Shown here piece by piece: positions 19,612 to 30,003 of a stretch of DNA of 64,000 nt. This DNA is from Candidatus Sericytochromatia bacterium (GTDB taxonomy: Bacteria > Cyanobacteriota > Sericytochromatia > UBA7694 > JACMQJ01): positions 3,374,316-3,438,315 of the forward strand of contig JAXLXH010000001.1 in assembly GCA_046328015.1 (NCBI GenBank), read 5' to 3'. Made by a program: the position numbers and the translations under genes. The notes below the pieces were generated by a model. That model saw nothing but the letters and a program-made list of their open reading frames with translations. It had not been told where the DNA came from and did no database searches. Each line of letters opens with the position of its first letter. The first letter of the stretch is position 1.

Positions 19612-20169
19612 ATGAATATAGTAGGTAAAAAAGTAACTCTTAGAGCTATTGAAGAATCAGATTTAGTTTATCTACATAAATGGTCTAATGATCCTGAAAT
19701 ATGGGAATTACTAGGTGGTTGGAGTTTTCCAAAATCATTTGATTCTTTAAAATTTTGGTTTTCTAATATAAAAAATGATAAACTATCTCAAAAATGGGCT
19801 ATTACAACAGAAGAATTAGGACTAATTGGAACTACAAATTTAGTTGACATAGATTGGAAAAATAGAAATGCTTTTCATGGGATCATGATAGGTGATAAAA
19901 ATACTAGAGGTAAAGGTTATGGTTTAGACACTTTAATGACTGTAATGAAGTATTCCTTTGAAGAGCTTAATCTAAATAGACTTGATACAACAATAATTGA
20001 ATATAATAAACCTTCTTTAAATTTATATAAAAATAAATGTGGTTGGAAAGAAGAAGGTACCCAAAAAAAATGGTACTTTAGAAAAAATAATTATTGGGAT
20101 AGATTAATGTTAGGTATTTTACAAGAAGATTATTTTAATTTGGTTAAAGAAAATGGATATTGGTTATAG
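19612..20169 (+). CDS. GNAT family N-acetyltransferase (RimJ/RimL-like)
   Basis: Motifs VTLRAIEESDL and GKGYG, the acetyl-CoA-binding layout and a length of about 185 aa fit the family. Confidence 0.8.
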   Translation: MNIVGKKVTLRAIEESDLVYLHKWSNDPEIWELLGGWSFPKSFDSLKFWFSNIKNDKLSQKWAITTEELGLIGTTNLVDIDWKNRNAFHGIMIGDKNTRGKGYGLDTLMTVMKYSFEELNLNRLDTTIIEYNKPSLNLYKNKCGWKEEGTQKKWYFRKNNYWDRLMLGILQEDYFNLVKENGYWL

Positions 20170-20938
20170 TAAAGAATTTACAGATATTATTGAAAAAAAA
20201 GGGATATTTATTTTTGAACAAAAAATAAGTTCTGACTTTATAGACAAAATAAATGAAGAATTAGAAATTTCTTATCATAAAAGACAAACTATTTTAAAAA
20301 ATAATAATGTAGAAGGAAATAATATAGGAACATCTCATCATCTTATAGTTGATAAAGGTAGTTTTTTAGAATTATTAGAAAAAATAGATATATATGATTA
20401 TTTTAAGTTGTATTTTAATGGTAACTTTATTCTTAATTCATATGGAGCTGTTATAAATGAGAAAAATACTAGTGCTTATGTTCAAAATATACATAGGGAT
20501 GTAAAAGTTTTTTCTTCAGATTTAAATATTATGTTAAATTTATTAGTAACATTAGACAATTTCACATTAGAAAATGGGGCTACTTATTTATTAGAAGGCT
20601 CTCATAAAATAAAAAACAAACCAGAAGAAAAATATTTTTTTGATAATTCTTATAGAGCAGTTTTACCTAAAGGTAGTTTAATTGTATGGAATTCTAATAT
20701 TTGGCATTCTACAGCACCTAATACAACTGATAAACCTAGAAAATGTTTAACTTTAACATTTACAAAACCTTATATAAAACAACAATTAGATTATTGTAGA
20801 GCATTAGGAGAAAACTTTGTTGAAAATTTATCTGATAACTTGAAACAAATTTTAGGCTATAATTCAAGAGTTCCATCATCTTTAGAGGAATATTATCAAC
20901 CTATTGAAAAAAGATTTTACAAAAACAATCAATACTAA
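20153..20938 (+). CDS. Phytanoyl-CoA dioxygenase (PhyH) family Fe(II)/2-oxoglutarate oxygenase
   Basis: The His/Asp ligand pattern (HRD…, WHST) is present, and the length and composition are typical of the PhyH family. Confidence 0.65.
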   Translation: MDIGYSKEFTDIIEKKGIFIFEQKISSDFIDKINEELEISYHKRQTILKNNNVEGNNIGTSHHLIVDKGSFLELLEKIDIYDYFKLYFNGNFILNSYGAVINEKNTSAYVQNIHRDVKVFSSDLNIMLNLLVTLDNFTLENGATYLLEGSHKIKNKPEEKYFFDNSYRAVLPKGSLIVWNSNIWHSTAPNTTDKPRKCLTLTFTKPYIKQQLDYCRALGENFVENLSDNLKQILGYNSRVPSSLEEYYQPIEKRFYKNNQY

Positions 20939-20958
20939 AAAAGGATTTTATAAAAATA

Positions 20959-21684
20959 ATGAGAAATTATAATAAAGAATATCAAGATAATGAAAGAAAA
21001 TATGCTTATAATTTCGATTATATAATGTATAATTATAAGTTTCAGACATATAAAAACTTTATAAATATACAAGAACCTTCATTATTAGAATTAGGTTGTT
21101 ATCAAGGTAATTTTACAAAATTATTATCAGAAAAATTTAATAATATAACAGTTGTAGAAGCTTCAGATGAATTGATAAAAGATGCAAAAAAAAATGTTGG
21201 AGAAAAAGTTAATTTTATAAATTCAACTTTTGAAAAAGTAGATTTACAAAGTAAATACGATTATATTTTTTTAAGTCATACATTAGAACATTTAGACAAT
21301 CCTACATTTGTTTTAAATAAAATCAAAACTTGGTTAAATAATAATGGTATTTTATTCATAGATACTCCTAATGCTAATGCTCCATCTAGACAAATAGCAG
21401 TAAAAATGGGTCTTATATCTCATAATCAAGCTGTAACTCCTGCTGAAAAAGATCATGGTCATAGAAAAACTTACTCATTAGATACTCTAGAAAAAGAAGC
21501 TTTAGATGCTGGTTTAAAAGTTTTGTCTAGAGGGGGAATTTGCTTTAAACCTATGGCTAATTTTCAGATAGATAAAGCCTTAGATTTAGGAGTAATATCA
21601 AAAGAATATTTAGATGCTTGTTATAAATTAGGAATGATTTATCCAGATTTATGTTCTAGTATTTATATTGTTTGTGGAAAATAA
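20959..21684 (+). CDS. Class I SAM-dependent methyltransferase
   Basis: Motif I is LELGCYQGNF, followed by an acidic residue downstream. Confidence 0.7.
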   Translation: MRNYNKEYQDNERKYAYNFDYIMYNYKFQTYKNFINIQEPSLLELGCYQGNFTKLLSEKFNNITVVEASDELIKDAKKNVGEKVNFINSTFEKVDLQSKYDYIFLSHTLEHLDNPTFVLNKIKTWLNNNGILFIDTPNANAPSRQIAVKMGLISHNQAVTPAEKDHGHRKTYSLDTLEKEALDAGLKVLSRGGICFKPMANFQIDKALDLGVISKEYLDACYKLGMIYPDLCSSIYIVCGK

Positions 21685-21696
21685 GTAAAAATCTAA

Positions 21697-22956
21697 TTAT
21701 TTTTTATTTTTCATAAATAATAAACTTCTAAATAAATACATCATTACTATTTGATAAGTTATATAATTTAGTGCATATGCCCAAGCTAAGCCTTCTAAAT
21801 TAAATATTCTTGAAAAGAAAATACAAGATAAAATATAATAAATAGAAAATGTTATTTCTAAAAATATAAAAGATTTAGTCATAGCTTTTGCAACCATTAC
21901 AAATGCAATTAGCCAACTTGAAATTTTAAAAAAATCTCCTATCATTTGAATAGCAAATAAGTTTTGCATAGGTAAAAAATCTTCAGTAAAAACAATTTTT
22001 ATTATTAAACTTCTAAAAAAGTAAATTAAAATATTAGTAATAGCTAAAATAGGTAATATTCTTATATACATATTTTTTATCTCATTATATAATTCACTAT
22101 TATTTTTTATTTCAGATAATCTTGGTAAATAATATAAAGATAAAGTTGATGTTATAAACATAAGATACATATCTGATATTTTATTTATGCCTTGCCAATA
22201 ACCAGCATCTATTATTGATAAATAACTAATAACATATTTTCTTATAAAAATTTGAGATAAATTACTTGTTATAACTGTTGTTAAAGTCATTAGTGAGTAT
22301 GATAATAATTTTATTATTTTATCTTTTTTATAGCTAAATTTAAAAATTAAATCATTTATTCTATCTATTTTGTAAGAATATAATATAGTAAATATAAATG
22401 ATATTACTGGACTTATTAAATATGATAATAAGGCTCCTCCAAAATTAAAATAAATAATCAAATAAACAGATAAAAGAGCATTTACAACATTAGATAATAT
22501 ACTACTAATAATAAGATTAGTTATTTTTTTTAGTCCATTCATAATAGACGTTAAAATTGTCATAATAGATGTTATAAAAATAGAAAAATTAGCTAAGTTT
22601 ATAATATAGGTATTATCATAATTATTAAATAAAAAAAATGCTATCTTACTTGAAAATATAAATATTATTAATGGTATTATGATAGAGGAGATACTAACTA
22701 TAAAAATTGCAGATGAGATAAACTCTTTTTGCTCATTATAATTATCATTATTTTCTGAAATATATTTTATTAACCCAGAAGAAATTCCAGCACTAGAAAA
22801 AGGAGTTATTATATTAATAAAATTAATAAATTGCCCTAATAAGGCCATTCCTGATGGACCTAAATAAATTGCTGTAAATTTATTTATTATAAAAGATAAT
22901 AATATTTTTATAATAGTTGATATGCCAGAAATTATTGAAACTTTTGCAAAATTCAT
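21697..22956 (-). CDS. Polysaccharide/O-antigen flippase (Wzx-like, MOP superfamily)
   Basis: The protein has about 12 predicted TM helices and is 419 aa long, with a typical Wzx topology. It sits in the glycan cluster. Confidence 0.7.
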   Translation of the reverse strand: MNFAKVSIISGISTIIKILLSFIINKFTAIYLGPSGMALLGQFINFINIITPFSSAGISSGLIKYISENNDNYNEQKEFISSAIFIVSISSIIIPLIIFIFSSKIAFFLFNNYDNTYIINLANFSIFITSIMTILTSIMNGLKKITNLIISSILSNVVNALLSVYLIIYFNFGGALLSYLISPVISFIFTILYSYKIDRINDLIFKFSYKKDKIIKLLSYSLMTLTTVITSNLSQIFIRKYVISYLSIIDAGYWQGINKISDMYLMFITSTLSLYYLPRLSEIKNNSELYNEIKNMYIRILPILAITNILIYFFRSLIIKIVFTEDFLPMQNLFAIQMIGDFFKISSWLIAFVMVAKAMTKSFIFLEITFSIYYILSCIFFSRIFNLEGLAWAYALNYITYQIVMMYLFRSLLFMKNKK

Positions 22957-23092
22957 TTATTAAAATTTTACTATAAATATTTTACTAATATACAAAATAA
23001 CTATACAGTGAATAAATAATTAGATTATACTTTAATAAAGTATATTTTATAAATATAAAATTTATTTTAATATTTAATATCTATTTAGGAAA

Positions 23093-24193
23093 ATGAATTT
23101 AAATAAAAAACAAACCAAAGTAATAAATGTTACTAATTCTTATCTTCCACCAATAGATGAATATATTTATTTTTTAAGAAAAATATGGGATTCTAATCAT
23201 TTAACAAACCATGGTCCATTAGTTAAAGAGCTTGAAGAAAAAGTAAAAAGCTATCTAGATATAAACCATTTATGTTTTGTTAATAATGGAACTTTAGCCT
23301 TACAAATAGCAATAAAAGCACTTGATTTAAAAAAAGAAATAATAACCACTCCATTTTCTTATGTTGCTACAACATCTAGTATTGTTTGGGAAAACTGTAC
23401 CCCTGTTTTTGCTGATATAGAAGTAGATACTCTAACTATAGATGTAAAAAAAATAGAACCTCTTATAAATAAAAATACAGAAGCAATATTAGCAACTCAT
23501 GTCTATGGGAATCCATGCAATATAGATGAAATAGAAAGGCTTGCTTTAAAATATAATCTAAAAGTAATTTATGATGGAGCCCATTCATTTGGTGTAAAAT
23601 TTAAAAAAAAAGCTTTATTAGAATATGGTGATATTTCTACATTAAGTTTCCATGCTACTAAATTATTTCATACAGTTGAAGGTGGAGCTTTAATAACTAA
23701 ATCAGAAGATATTTTTCATAAAATATCTTACTTAATGAATTTCGGACATAAAGGTAAAGAAGATTTTTTTGGAATAGGTATTAATGCTAAAAACTCAGAA
23801 TTTCATGCGGCTATGGGTTTATGTAATATAAAATATATAACCCAAATTATTGAATCAAGAAAAAAAATAACTGAATTATATGACCATTTATTGCTAAATA
23901 AAAAATTGTATAAACCTAGATTAAGAGATGATACAGAGTATAATTATAGTTATTATCCTATAATTTTTGAAAATGAAATATCCTTATTAAAAGCTCAAGA
24001 AAATCTTAATAATAATAATATTTTTCCTAGGCGATATTTTTATCCATCATTAAATAAATTAAATTATGTAAAAAAACAAAATACACCTATATCTGAAGAT
24101 ATATCAAAAAGAATTTTATGTCTTCCTCTATATTCAGAATTAAATAAAAATGATATTAAAAAAATAGCTGAAATAATACTTAAATCAATATAA
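23093..24193 (+). CDS. DegT/DnrJ/EryC1/StrS family PLP-dependent sugar aminotransferase
   Basis: The N-terminal NHGPLVKELE…NNGTLALQIA and the PLP-Lys context SFHATKLF match the family. Confidence 0.85.
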   Translation: MNLNKKQTKVINVTNSYLPPIDEYIYFLRKIWDSNHLTNHGPLVKELEEKVKSYLDINHLCFVNNGTLALQIAIKALDLKKEIITTPFSYVATTSSIVWENCTPVFADIEVDTLTIDVKKIEPLINKNTEAILATHVYGNPCNIDEIERLALKYNLKVIYDGAHSFGVKFKKKALLEYGDISTLSFHATKLFHTVEGGALITKSEDIFHKISYLMNFGHKGKEDFFGIGINAKNSEFHAAMGLCNIKYITQIIESRKKITELYDHLLLNKKLYKPRLRDDTEYNYSYYPIIFENEISLLKAQENLNNNNIFPRRYFYPSLNKLNYVKKQNTPISEDISKRILCLPLYSELNKNDIKKIAEIILKSI

Positions 24194-24200
24194 TAACAAA

Positions 24201-26102
24201 ATGGTTAATAATAAACTAGTATCAATAATAATACCAGCTTATAAATATGAGTTTTTTGAAGAAGCTCTTTTAAGTGCTGTTAATCAAACCTATAAAAATA
24301 TAGAAATAATTATTTGTGATGATTCAGCAAAAGAAAAAATAGAATATATTTCTAAAAATATTATAGAAAAGTATAAAGATATTGATATTAAATATTATAA
24401 AAATCCTATTAATATTGGAGGTGAAGCTAATTATATAAAATGTTTTGAATTATCTAAAGGTGAATACATAAAGTATTTAAATGATGATGATATACTTTTA
24501 AATAATTGTGTTGAAGAAATGGTTAATTTATTTGAGAAATATGGTGACAAAGTAAATTTAATTTCAAGTATAAGAGAATTTATAGATGAAAAAAGCATTA
24601 AAATAAATAATAATATAATAATCCCCGCTTTTGTTGATAAAAAAAATAATTATTCTTATATTAATGGTAAACAGACTATAGATTATATACTCTCCAATTT
24701 AAAAAATGAAATTGGAGAGCCCTCCACCTTTATGTTTAGAAAAAAAACTATAGAAAATATAAAACCTAATATATTTTCTATATATGGGACTTATTTATTA
24801 GGAAATGTTGATATAACAATGTTTATAAATTTATTAAGTACAGGCGATTTAATTTATATAAATAAAGTTTTAAGTTATTTTAGAGTATCTTCCATACAAG
24901 CACAAGCAAATCCTTATTTTTCTTATTTATGTAGTATTCATTGGTTTAACTCTATAAATTTATCAAGAAAATTAGATTATTTATCAGAAAAAAAAGAGCT
25001 AAATTTAGCTTTAAATAATTTATCGGATTTTTATGAAAGAATAATTTCTAAGAATGATTTTTTTACATATATAAAATTATTAAAAACAAAAAAATTTAAT
25101 ATTAAACTTATTATTACATTAAAAAATTTAATTAAAAAGGTTTTATATCCTAAAGAAAAAACTAAATTAGATAGTTTATTTATAAAGGATTTATATAGAA
25201 AATGTATAATTATAAATAATGAAATAAACAACAATAAAATAATAAAAAAGACTCATATTTGCCCTGTATGTTGTAATAACGTGCATGATTTTATACCATT
25301 ACCTGATTACTATGAAAATAAATCAAAAAAATATGGTTTTAATTTTAAATCAGCTGAATTTGAGACATTAAATGATAAAAAATATTTGTGCTATTTATGC
25401 TCTTCTTCAGATCGAGATCGTTTATACGCATTGTATATATTAACTTTTTTATCAGAAAAAAATTTATTTGAAAAATATAATTTTTTTGATCTTTCTAGAA
25501 TAAATATAATACCTCAAATTTCTAAATTGAAATTTATTAGAAGATTTTTTAAATTTAAAATTAATAGAATAAATCAGATTATAAATTCAAAAGAAAAACT
25601 AAAATTAATTGATTTTGCTCCATCATCTCCTTTATCAAAATTTATAAAATCAGTAGATATGTTTGAATATAGAACAGCTGATTTATTCATGAAAAATGTA
25701 GATGATAAAATAGATCTTTGTAATATGAGTTATAAAGATAATTCTTTTGATATTTTTATTTGTTCACACATTTTAGAACATGTTATTGATGATAAAAAAG
25801 CTCTTTCTGAGTTATATAGAATATTGAAAAATAATGGCTGGGGAATATTAATGGTTCCGATATGTTTAAGTATAGAAAAAACATTAGAAGGCATTGATAA
25901 TGGAACTATTGAAGAAAGATGGAAATATTATGGACAAGATGATCATGTGAGATTATATTCAAAAAAAGATTTTATAAAAAAAATTATAGATACTGGTTTT
26001 AAATTAGAAGAATTAGATAAAAATTTTTTTGGAGAAGAAACTCTAAAAATATTTGGAATATCAAATAAAAGTATTTTATATATTGTTACTAAATCTATAT
26101 AA
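24201..26102 (+). CDS. Bifunctional protein with an N-terminal GT2 glycosyltransferase and a C-terminal SAM-dependent methyltransferase domain, joined by a Cys4 ribbon
   Basis: The GT2 start is VSIIIPAYKYE…IIICDDSAKE. The segment CPVCCNN…CYLC lies between the domains. The C-terminal part (FICSHILEHV…LKNNGWGILMVP) looks like a Methyltransf_11 domain. Confidence 0.65.
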   Translation: MVNNKLVSIIIPAYKYEFFEEALLSAVNQTYKNIEIIICDDSAKEKIEYISKNIIEKYKDIDIKYYKNPINIGGEANYIKCFELSKGEYIKYLNDDDILLNNCVEEMVNLFEKYGDKVNLISSIREFIDEKSIKINNNIIIPAFVDKKNNYSYINGKQTIDYILSNLKNEIGEPSTFMFRKKTIENIKPNIFSIYGTYLLGNVDITMFINLLSTGDLIYINKVLSYFRVSSIQAQANPYFSYLCSIHWFNSINLSRKLDYLSEKKELNLALNNLSDFYERIISKNDFFTYIKLLKTKKFNIKLIITLKNLIKKVLYPKEKTKLDSLFIKDLYRKCIIINNEINNNKIIKKTHICPVCCNNVHDFIPLPDYYENKSKKYGFNFKSAEFETLNDKKYLCYLCSSSDRDRLYALYILTFLSEKNLFEKYNFFDLSRINIIPQISKLKFIRRFFKFKINRINQIINSKEKLKLIDFAPSSPLSKFIKSVDMFEYRTADLFMKNVDDKIDLCNMSYKDNSFDIFICSHILEHVIDDKKALSELYRILKNNGWGILMVPICLSIEKTLEGIDNGTIEERWKYYGQDDHVRLYSKKDFIKKIIDTGFKLEELDKNFFGEETLKIFGISNKSILYIVTKSI

Positions 26103-26589
26103 TTTGTTGTTCTAAAATAATTTTAAGCTTTTCTATAGAATTAAGCATTTTACTTTTTGATTCAATAGGTTTTGAATATTTAATATATTCTAAATTATCT
26201 AAATATTCTGAGATTTTATGTATAAAATCTTTTGAAATATCATATTTTTCTTTAATAATTTTATTTATTTGTTTTGTAGTTAAAGGATCTATGTCTAAAT
26301 GTAATTTTTCTAAAATATAATCTTTTAATAAAAGTGTTACCTTAGTATAAAAAATATCTGTTTGATTGGTTTCTATTATTTTATCTTTTAAAATTTGTTC
26401 TATTATTTTCAGAGCTTTTTCTTCAGGAGATAATATATTAATTTTATTAATTACTTTTTTTCTTTTAACTCTAAATAAAAGATATATTAGTAATAAAATA
26501 ATAAATAAAATAATTAAACTGGTTATTATAATCGGATAAAAATTATAATATATTTCTAATGGATCTGAAATATCATGTATATCATTCAT
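26095..26589 (-). CDS. Membrane-anchored hypothetical protein (DUF4381-like)
   Basis: It has one N-terminal TM helix, and the LSPEEKALKIIEQIL motif resembles DUF4381. Confidence 0.4.
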   Translation of the reverse strand: MNDIHDISDPLEIYYNFYPIIITSLIILFIILLLIYLLFRVKRKKVINKINILSPEEKALKIIEQILKDKIIETNQTDIFYTKVTLLLKDYILEKLHLDIDPLTTKQINKIIKEKYDISKDFIHKISEYLDNLEYIKYSKPIESKSKMLNSIEKLKIILEQQII

Positions 26590-27328
26590 TTTGTGTAATT
26601 TTTACTATTTCTTCAAAAACTTTCTTTGCCCATTTTTGAGCAATTATTTTTCCATCTTTACCACCAAAATGCACCCCATCTCCTTTTAAGGTTTCTGGAT
26701 AATAAGTATAATCTCTGGAGTCTATAAAAGATCCATAATTTTTAACTATCGGTTTTATATTATCATATAAAAAGTTTTGTTTTTCTATAGGCTTTTTATC
26801 TTTTCTTCCATTAGGAGGTCCAACCCAAATTAATTTAATATTTTTTTCTGTAATAAATTTACAGATATCATTAACTTCTTTTTTTATAGTAATTTCGTTT
26901 TGATTTAATAAATTAGCTCCTAAAGAAACTATAATTATTTCTGGTTTAAATTCATTTATTAAAGCTTCTATTTTTGGTGTTTTATGTGGTGTTTTCCAAA
27001 TTATAGGATCATATACATTATTATTTTCATCTTTTGAATAAAAACCCGATTTAGTTTCTTTCTCATTAAACCACCAAGAAGGTGAAGAACCAGAACTACC
27101 ATAAGTTCTAACAATTGCACCGCTATTTCTTAATAATTCATCCATTTCTCTGCCATAAAAACCTACAGTATGAGAATCCCCAATATGTAGAATTCTTTTT
27201 TTAGATAAAAGTAATTTTATATTTGAAGTTTTAATTTCTTTTTTATTTAAATCTTCTGAAAAAGCTAAATTTGAATAAAATAAAAATAAAGAAATTATAA
27301 AAGTAAAAATTAAGTATTTTTTTTTCAT
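26582..27328 (-). CDS. SGNH/GDSL-family hydrolase, secreted
   Basis: A signal peptide precedes block I, LHIGDSHTVG, and there is a downstream DGVH block. Confidence 0.7.
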   Translation of the reverse strand: MKKKYLIFTFIISLFLFYSNLAFSEDLNKKEIKTSNIKLLLSKKRILHIGDSHTVGFYGREMDELLRNSGAIVRTYGSSGSSPSWWFNEKETKSGFYSKDENNNVYDPIIWKTPHKTPKIEALINEFKPEIIIVSLGANLLNQNEITIKKEVNDICKFITEKNIKLIWVGPPNGRKDKKPIEKQNFLYDNIKPIVKNYGSFIDSRDYTYYPETLKGDGVHFGGKDGKIIAQKWAKKVFEEIVKITQNE

Positions 27329-27330
27329 AT

Positions 27331-28215
27331 TTAATAAGTTTTAGTCATATCATCTGTAATACATAAAGTAAAATCAGCTAAATTTAAATTTTTCTCTTCT
27401 AATTTATCTATCTCTTCTTGTTCTACTGAAGAAATGGTCATTATTTTTAAATTAGAATTTTCTTTTTTTAGATACCAATATATACCTTCAAAATTATTTG
27501 AATGATAAGTTCCATTATAATGTATAAAAGTGTAATTAGGTTTAAGGTTTTTATTAATAAAAAAAGCCATAGTAGCATCCTTAGATGCTTGTGCTTCTAC
27601 CATATACTCATTAATTTTATTATTAGAACCATGATTGCCAGTATATAAAAGCATATTTTTATAGTTAGGTAACTCTTTATCTATTTTAAAAGGTAATTTA
27701 GGTAAATAATTATTTTTTACATTTTCTGGTAAAGACTCTAATGATGAAATACCTTTTTTTGAAACCATGTTAGCATATCTTATAGGAATATTAGTCCCTA
27801 TATATTTTATTTTATTATTAAAAGCAAAATCCATAATAGGTTTATAATCTGTTGGGTAATTTTTCCATAATCTAGTTTCAGCTTTTAAATGTTCTTCTGA
27901 TATTAAGTTATTAAGATAATCATCTATTACTTGTTGATCATCAGATTGAAACATTTCTCCTCCTAAAACTATATTTTTTTTCTGTTTAAAAATATCTTTA
28001 GTTAATCTTAGTTGTAACCAATGAGCTATTGGGTTATTATGTAGTTCTCCAAATAAAATCACATCATTTTTTAAGGCTGTTTCTAATACAACATCATAAT
28101 CAATTTTTTTATGTTCTTTATCAAAAAAAGAATAATTTTCTAAATTCATAGCTAAAGTATTATTTGAGAATATTGAAAAAATTATACTTAAAGAAACTGC
28201 TATTTTTTTTATCAT
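27331..28215 (-). CDS. ChaN-like (haem-binding uptake / Tiki superfamily) secreted protein
   Basis: A signal peptide is followed by DVILFGELHNNPIAHWLQL, characteristic of the ChaN/Cofac_haem_bdg family. Confidence 0.5.
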   Translation of the reverse strand: MIKKIAVSLSIIFSIFSNNTLAMNLENYSFFDKEHKKIDYDVVLETALKNDVILFGELHNNPIAHWLQLRLTKDIFKQKKNIVLGGEMFQSDDQQVIDDYLNNLISEEHLKAETRLWKNYPTDYKPIMDFAFNNKIKYIGTNIPIRYANMVSKKGISSLESLPENVKNNYLPKLPFKIDKELPNYKNMLLYTGNHGSNNKINEYMVEAQASKDATMAFFINKNLKPNYTFIHYNGTYHSNNFEGIYWYLKKENSNLKIMTISSVEQEEIDKLEEKNLNLADFTLCITDDMTKTY

Positions 28216-28308
28216 TTTATTATTAATACCTTTTAAATAGATAAAAATATTTTATTATTTCATACTAAAAATTAAACGTCTATATCTGATTAAAAAGCTT
28301 ATTATTTT

Positions 28309-28337
28309 TTACTAAAAATATTTTAACTTGGTATAAT
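28309..28337 (+). promoter_or_regulatory. Sigma-70-type promoter with an extended -10 (TTACTA-N14-TGgTATAAT) for the SDR gene
   Basis: TGGTATAAT lies at 28329-28337 and an AGGTG RBS sits 6 nt upstream of the ATG. Confidence 0.35.
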
Positions 28338-28362
28338 TAATTAAATTTATGAGGTGTAAGTT

Positions 28363-29289
28363 ATGTTTGAACAAATAAAAAAAGAATTAAATTGTGTAAA
28401 AACAAAAGCTATAGCAGGAGCTAGTATTTTAGGTTTACTTTTTTTAGGTTATAAAATATATAAAAAAGTTTCTCTAAATAAAAAAAGAATTTGGTTCAAA
28501 AACAAAGTTATCCTTATAACAGGAGCTTCTTCTGGTATTGGTAAAACTTATGCTGAAACATTTGCAAAATTAGGTTCTAATTTAGTTTTAGCAGCTCGTT
28601 CTGTGGATAAGTTAGAAGAATTAGCTGAAGAATTAAGAACTAAATATAGCATTGATGTTATTACGGTAAAAACAGACGTATCTGATGAAAATTCGGTTAA
28701 AGATTTAGCTGCAAAAGCTTTAGAGCATTTTAATCATATAGATATTTTAATAAATAATGCTGGTATTGGCAGTTATGGTTATTTCCATGATGGAGATATT
28801 ACAGATATGAGAAAAATGATGGAAGTTAATTATTGGGGTATGATTTATTGCACTAAGGCGATTTTACCTTCTATGATAAAAAATGGGCATGGTAAAATAA
28901 TTAATATTTCTAGTTTGGTTGGTAAAATAGCTATGCCTACTATGTCTGTATATTCTTCTACCAAATTTGCTATGAATGGCTTTAGTAATGCTCTAAGAGC
29001 TGAAGTAAAAAGATTTGGAGTTGATGTTTTAGTTGTTTGTCCAACAGGAACTAAAACAGAATTTGTAAATAACTCTTTTGATAAAGGTAAATTTAAACTT
29101 TCTAATACTGCTAATTTTTGGATGAGTCCTAATAGAGTTGCAAATGAAACTATTGATGCTATTTTAGATAATAAAAGAGAACATATATTAGGTTTTGCAG
29201 AAAATGTAAGCTCTAAATTTAATGATATCGCGCCAACCATTGTAGATAAAGTTTTAGCTTTAGCTCCAAAATTTATGGTAAAAGAATAA
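28363..29289 (+). CDS. Membrane-anchored short-chain dehydrogenase/reductase
   Basis: An N-terminal TM helix is followed by TGASSGIGKT, NNAG and YSSTK. Confidence 0.8.
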   Translation: MFEQIKKELNCVKTKAIAGASILGLLFLGYKIYKKVSLNKKRIWFKNKVILITGASSGIGKTYAETFAKLGSNLVLAARSVDKLEELAEELRTKYSIDVITVKTDVSDENSVKDLAAKALEHFNHIDILINNAGIGSYGYFHDGDITDMRKMMEVNYWGMIYCTKAILPSMIKNGHGKIINISSLVGKIAMPTMSVYSSTKFAMNGFSNALRAEVKRFGVDVLVVCPTGTKTEFVNNSFDKGKFKLSNTANFWMSPNRVANETIDAILDNKREHILGFAENVSSKFNDIAPTIVDKVLALAPKFMVKE

Positions 29290-29346
29290 ATACTTTTTGA
29301 TATAATTTTGAATGTGATAATTGATATAAACTTAACAAAAGTTAAT

Positions 29347-29373
29347 GGAACTTTTTGGTTAAAAATAACGTCT
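29347..29373 (+). promoter_or_regulatory. ECF-type autoregulatory promoter GGAAC-N17-CGTCT
   Basis: GGAAC (29347-51) is followed by a 17-nt spacer and CGTCT (29369-73), about 35 nt upstream of the ECF sigma start. Confidence 0.55.
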
Positions 29374-29406
29374 TTATATTTAGGAACTATTTTGAATGAG
29401 CTTTAA

Positions 29407-30003
29407 ATGCGAACTGAAGTAGATGAAGAGCTTATTCGAAGATGCCAGAACGGCGATAAAGGAGCTTTTGCTCAATTGGTAAGGACTTATCAGCGGTTTG
29501 TTTTTAACCTACTTTATAGAATGATTCCTGATCAGGATAATGTAGATGATCTTGCTCAAGAAGTGTGGGTTAAAGTTTACCAATCGATAGGAAAGATAAA
29601 GTCTCATAGCTCTTTTAAGTCATGGCTAAATCGAATAGCTATAACAACATACTATAATAAAAAAAGGAAAGATGGTGATAAAAACGAAGTTTCTTTAAGC
29701 CAAATGTTTGTAGATGATGAAACAGGCGAGCAAAAAGAAATGGACGTTCCTGATACTTCTCCTATACCAGAAGAGGTATTACTAAGTGAGGAATGGAAAC
29801 AATTCGTTGATAAAACACTAAAATCTTTACCTGAGCAATTTAGGCTACTAATAGTTATGAAGGATAATCAAAATTTATCTTATGATGAAATAGCAGATAT
29901 TTTAGGTATTTCATTGGGTACAGTTAAATCAAGATTATCTAGAGCAAGAGAAATGTTATTGAAAGAGTTATCCTTGTATTTCAAGGAGGCGAAAAAATTA
30001 TGA
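29407..30003 (+). CDS. ECF (group IV) RNA polymerase sigma factor, sigma-E/sigma-W-like
   Basis: Sigma-70 region 2 (FAQLVRTYQRFVFNL…DLAQEVWVKVY) and region 4 (LSYDEIADILGISLGTVKSRLSRAR) are both present. The gene has a higher GC content than its surroundings. Confidence 0.9.
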   Translation: MRTEVDEELIRRCQNGDKGAFAQLVRTYQRFVFNLLYRMIPDQDNVDDLAQEVWVKVYQSIGKIKSHSSFKSWLNRIAITTYYNKKRKDGDKNEVSLSQMFVDDETGEQKEMDVPDTSPIPEEVLLSEEWKQFVDKTLKSLPEQFRLLIVMKDNQNLSYDEIADILGISLGTVKSRLSRAREMLLKELSLYFKEAKKL

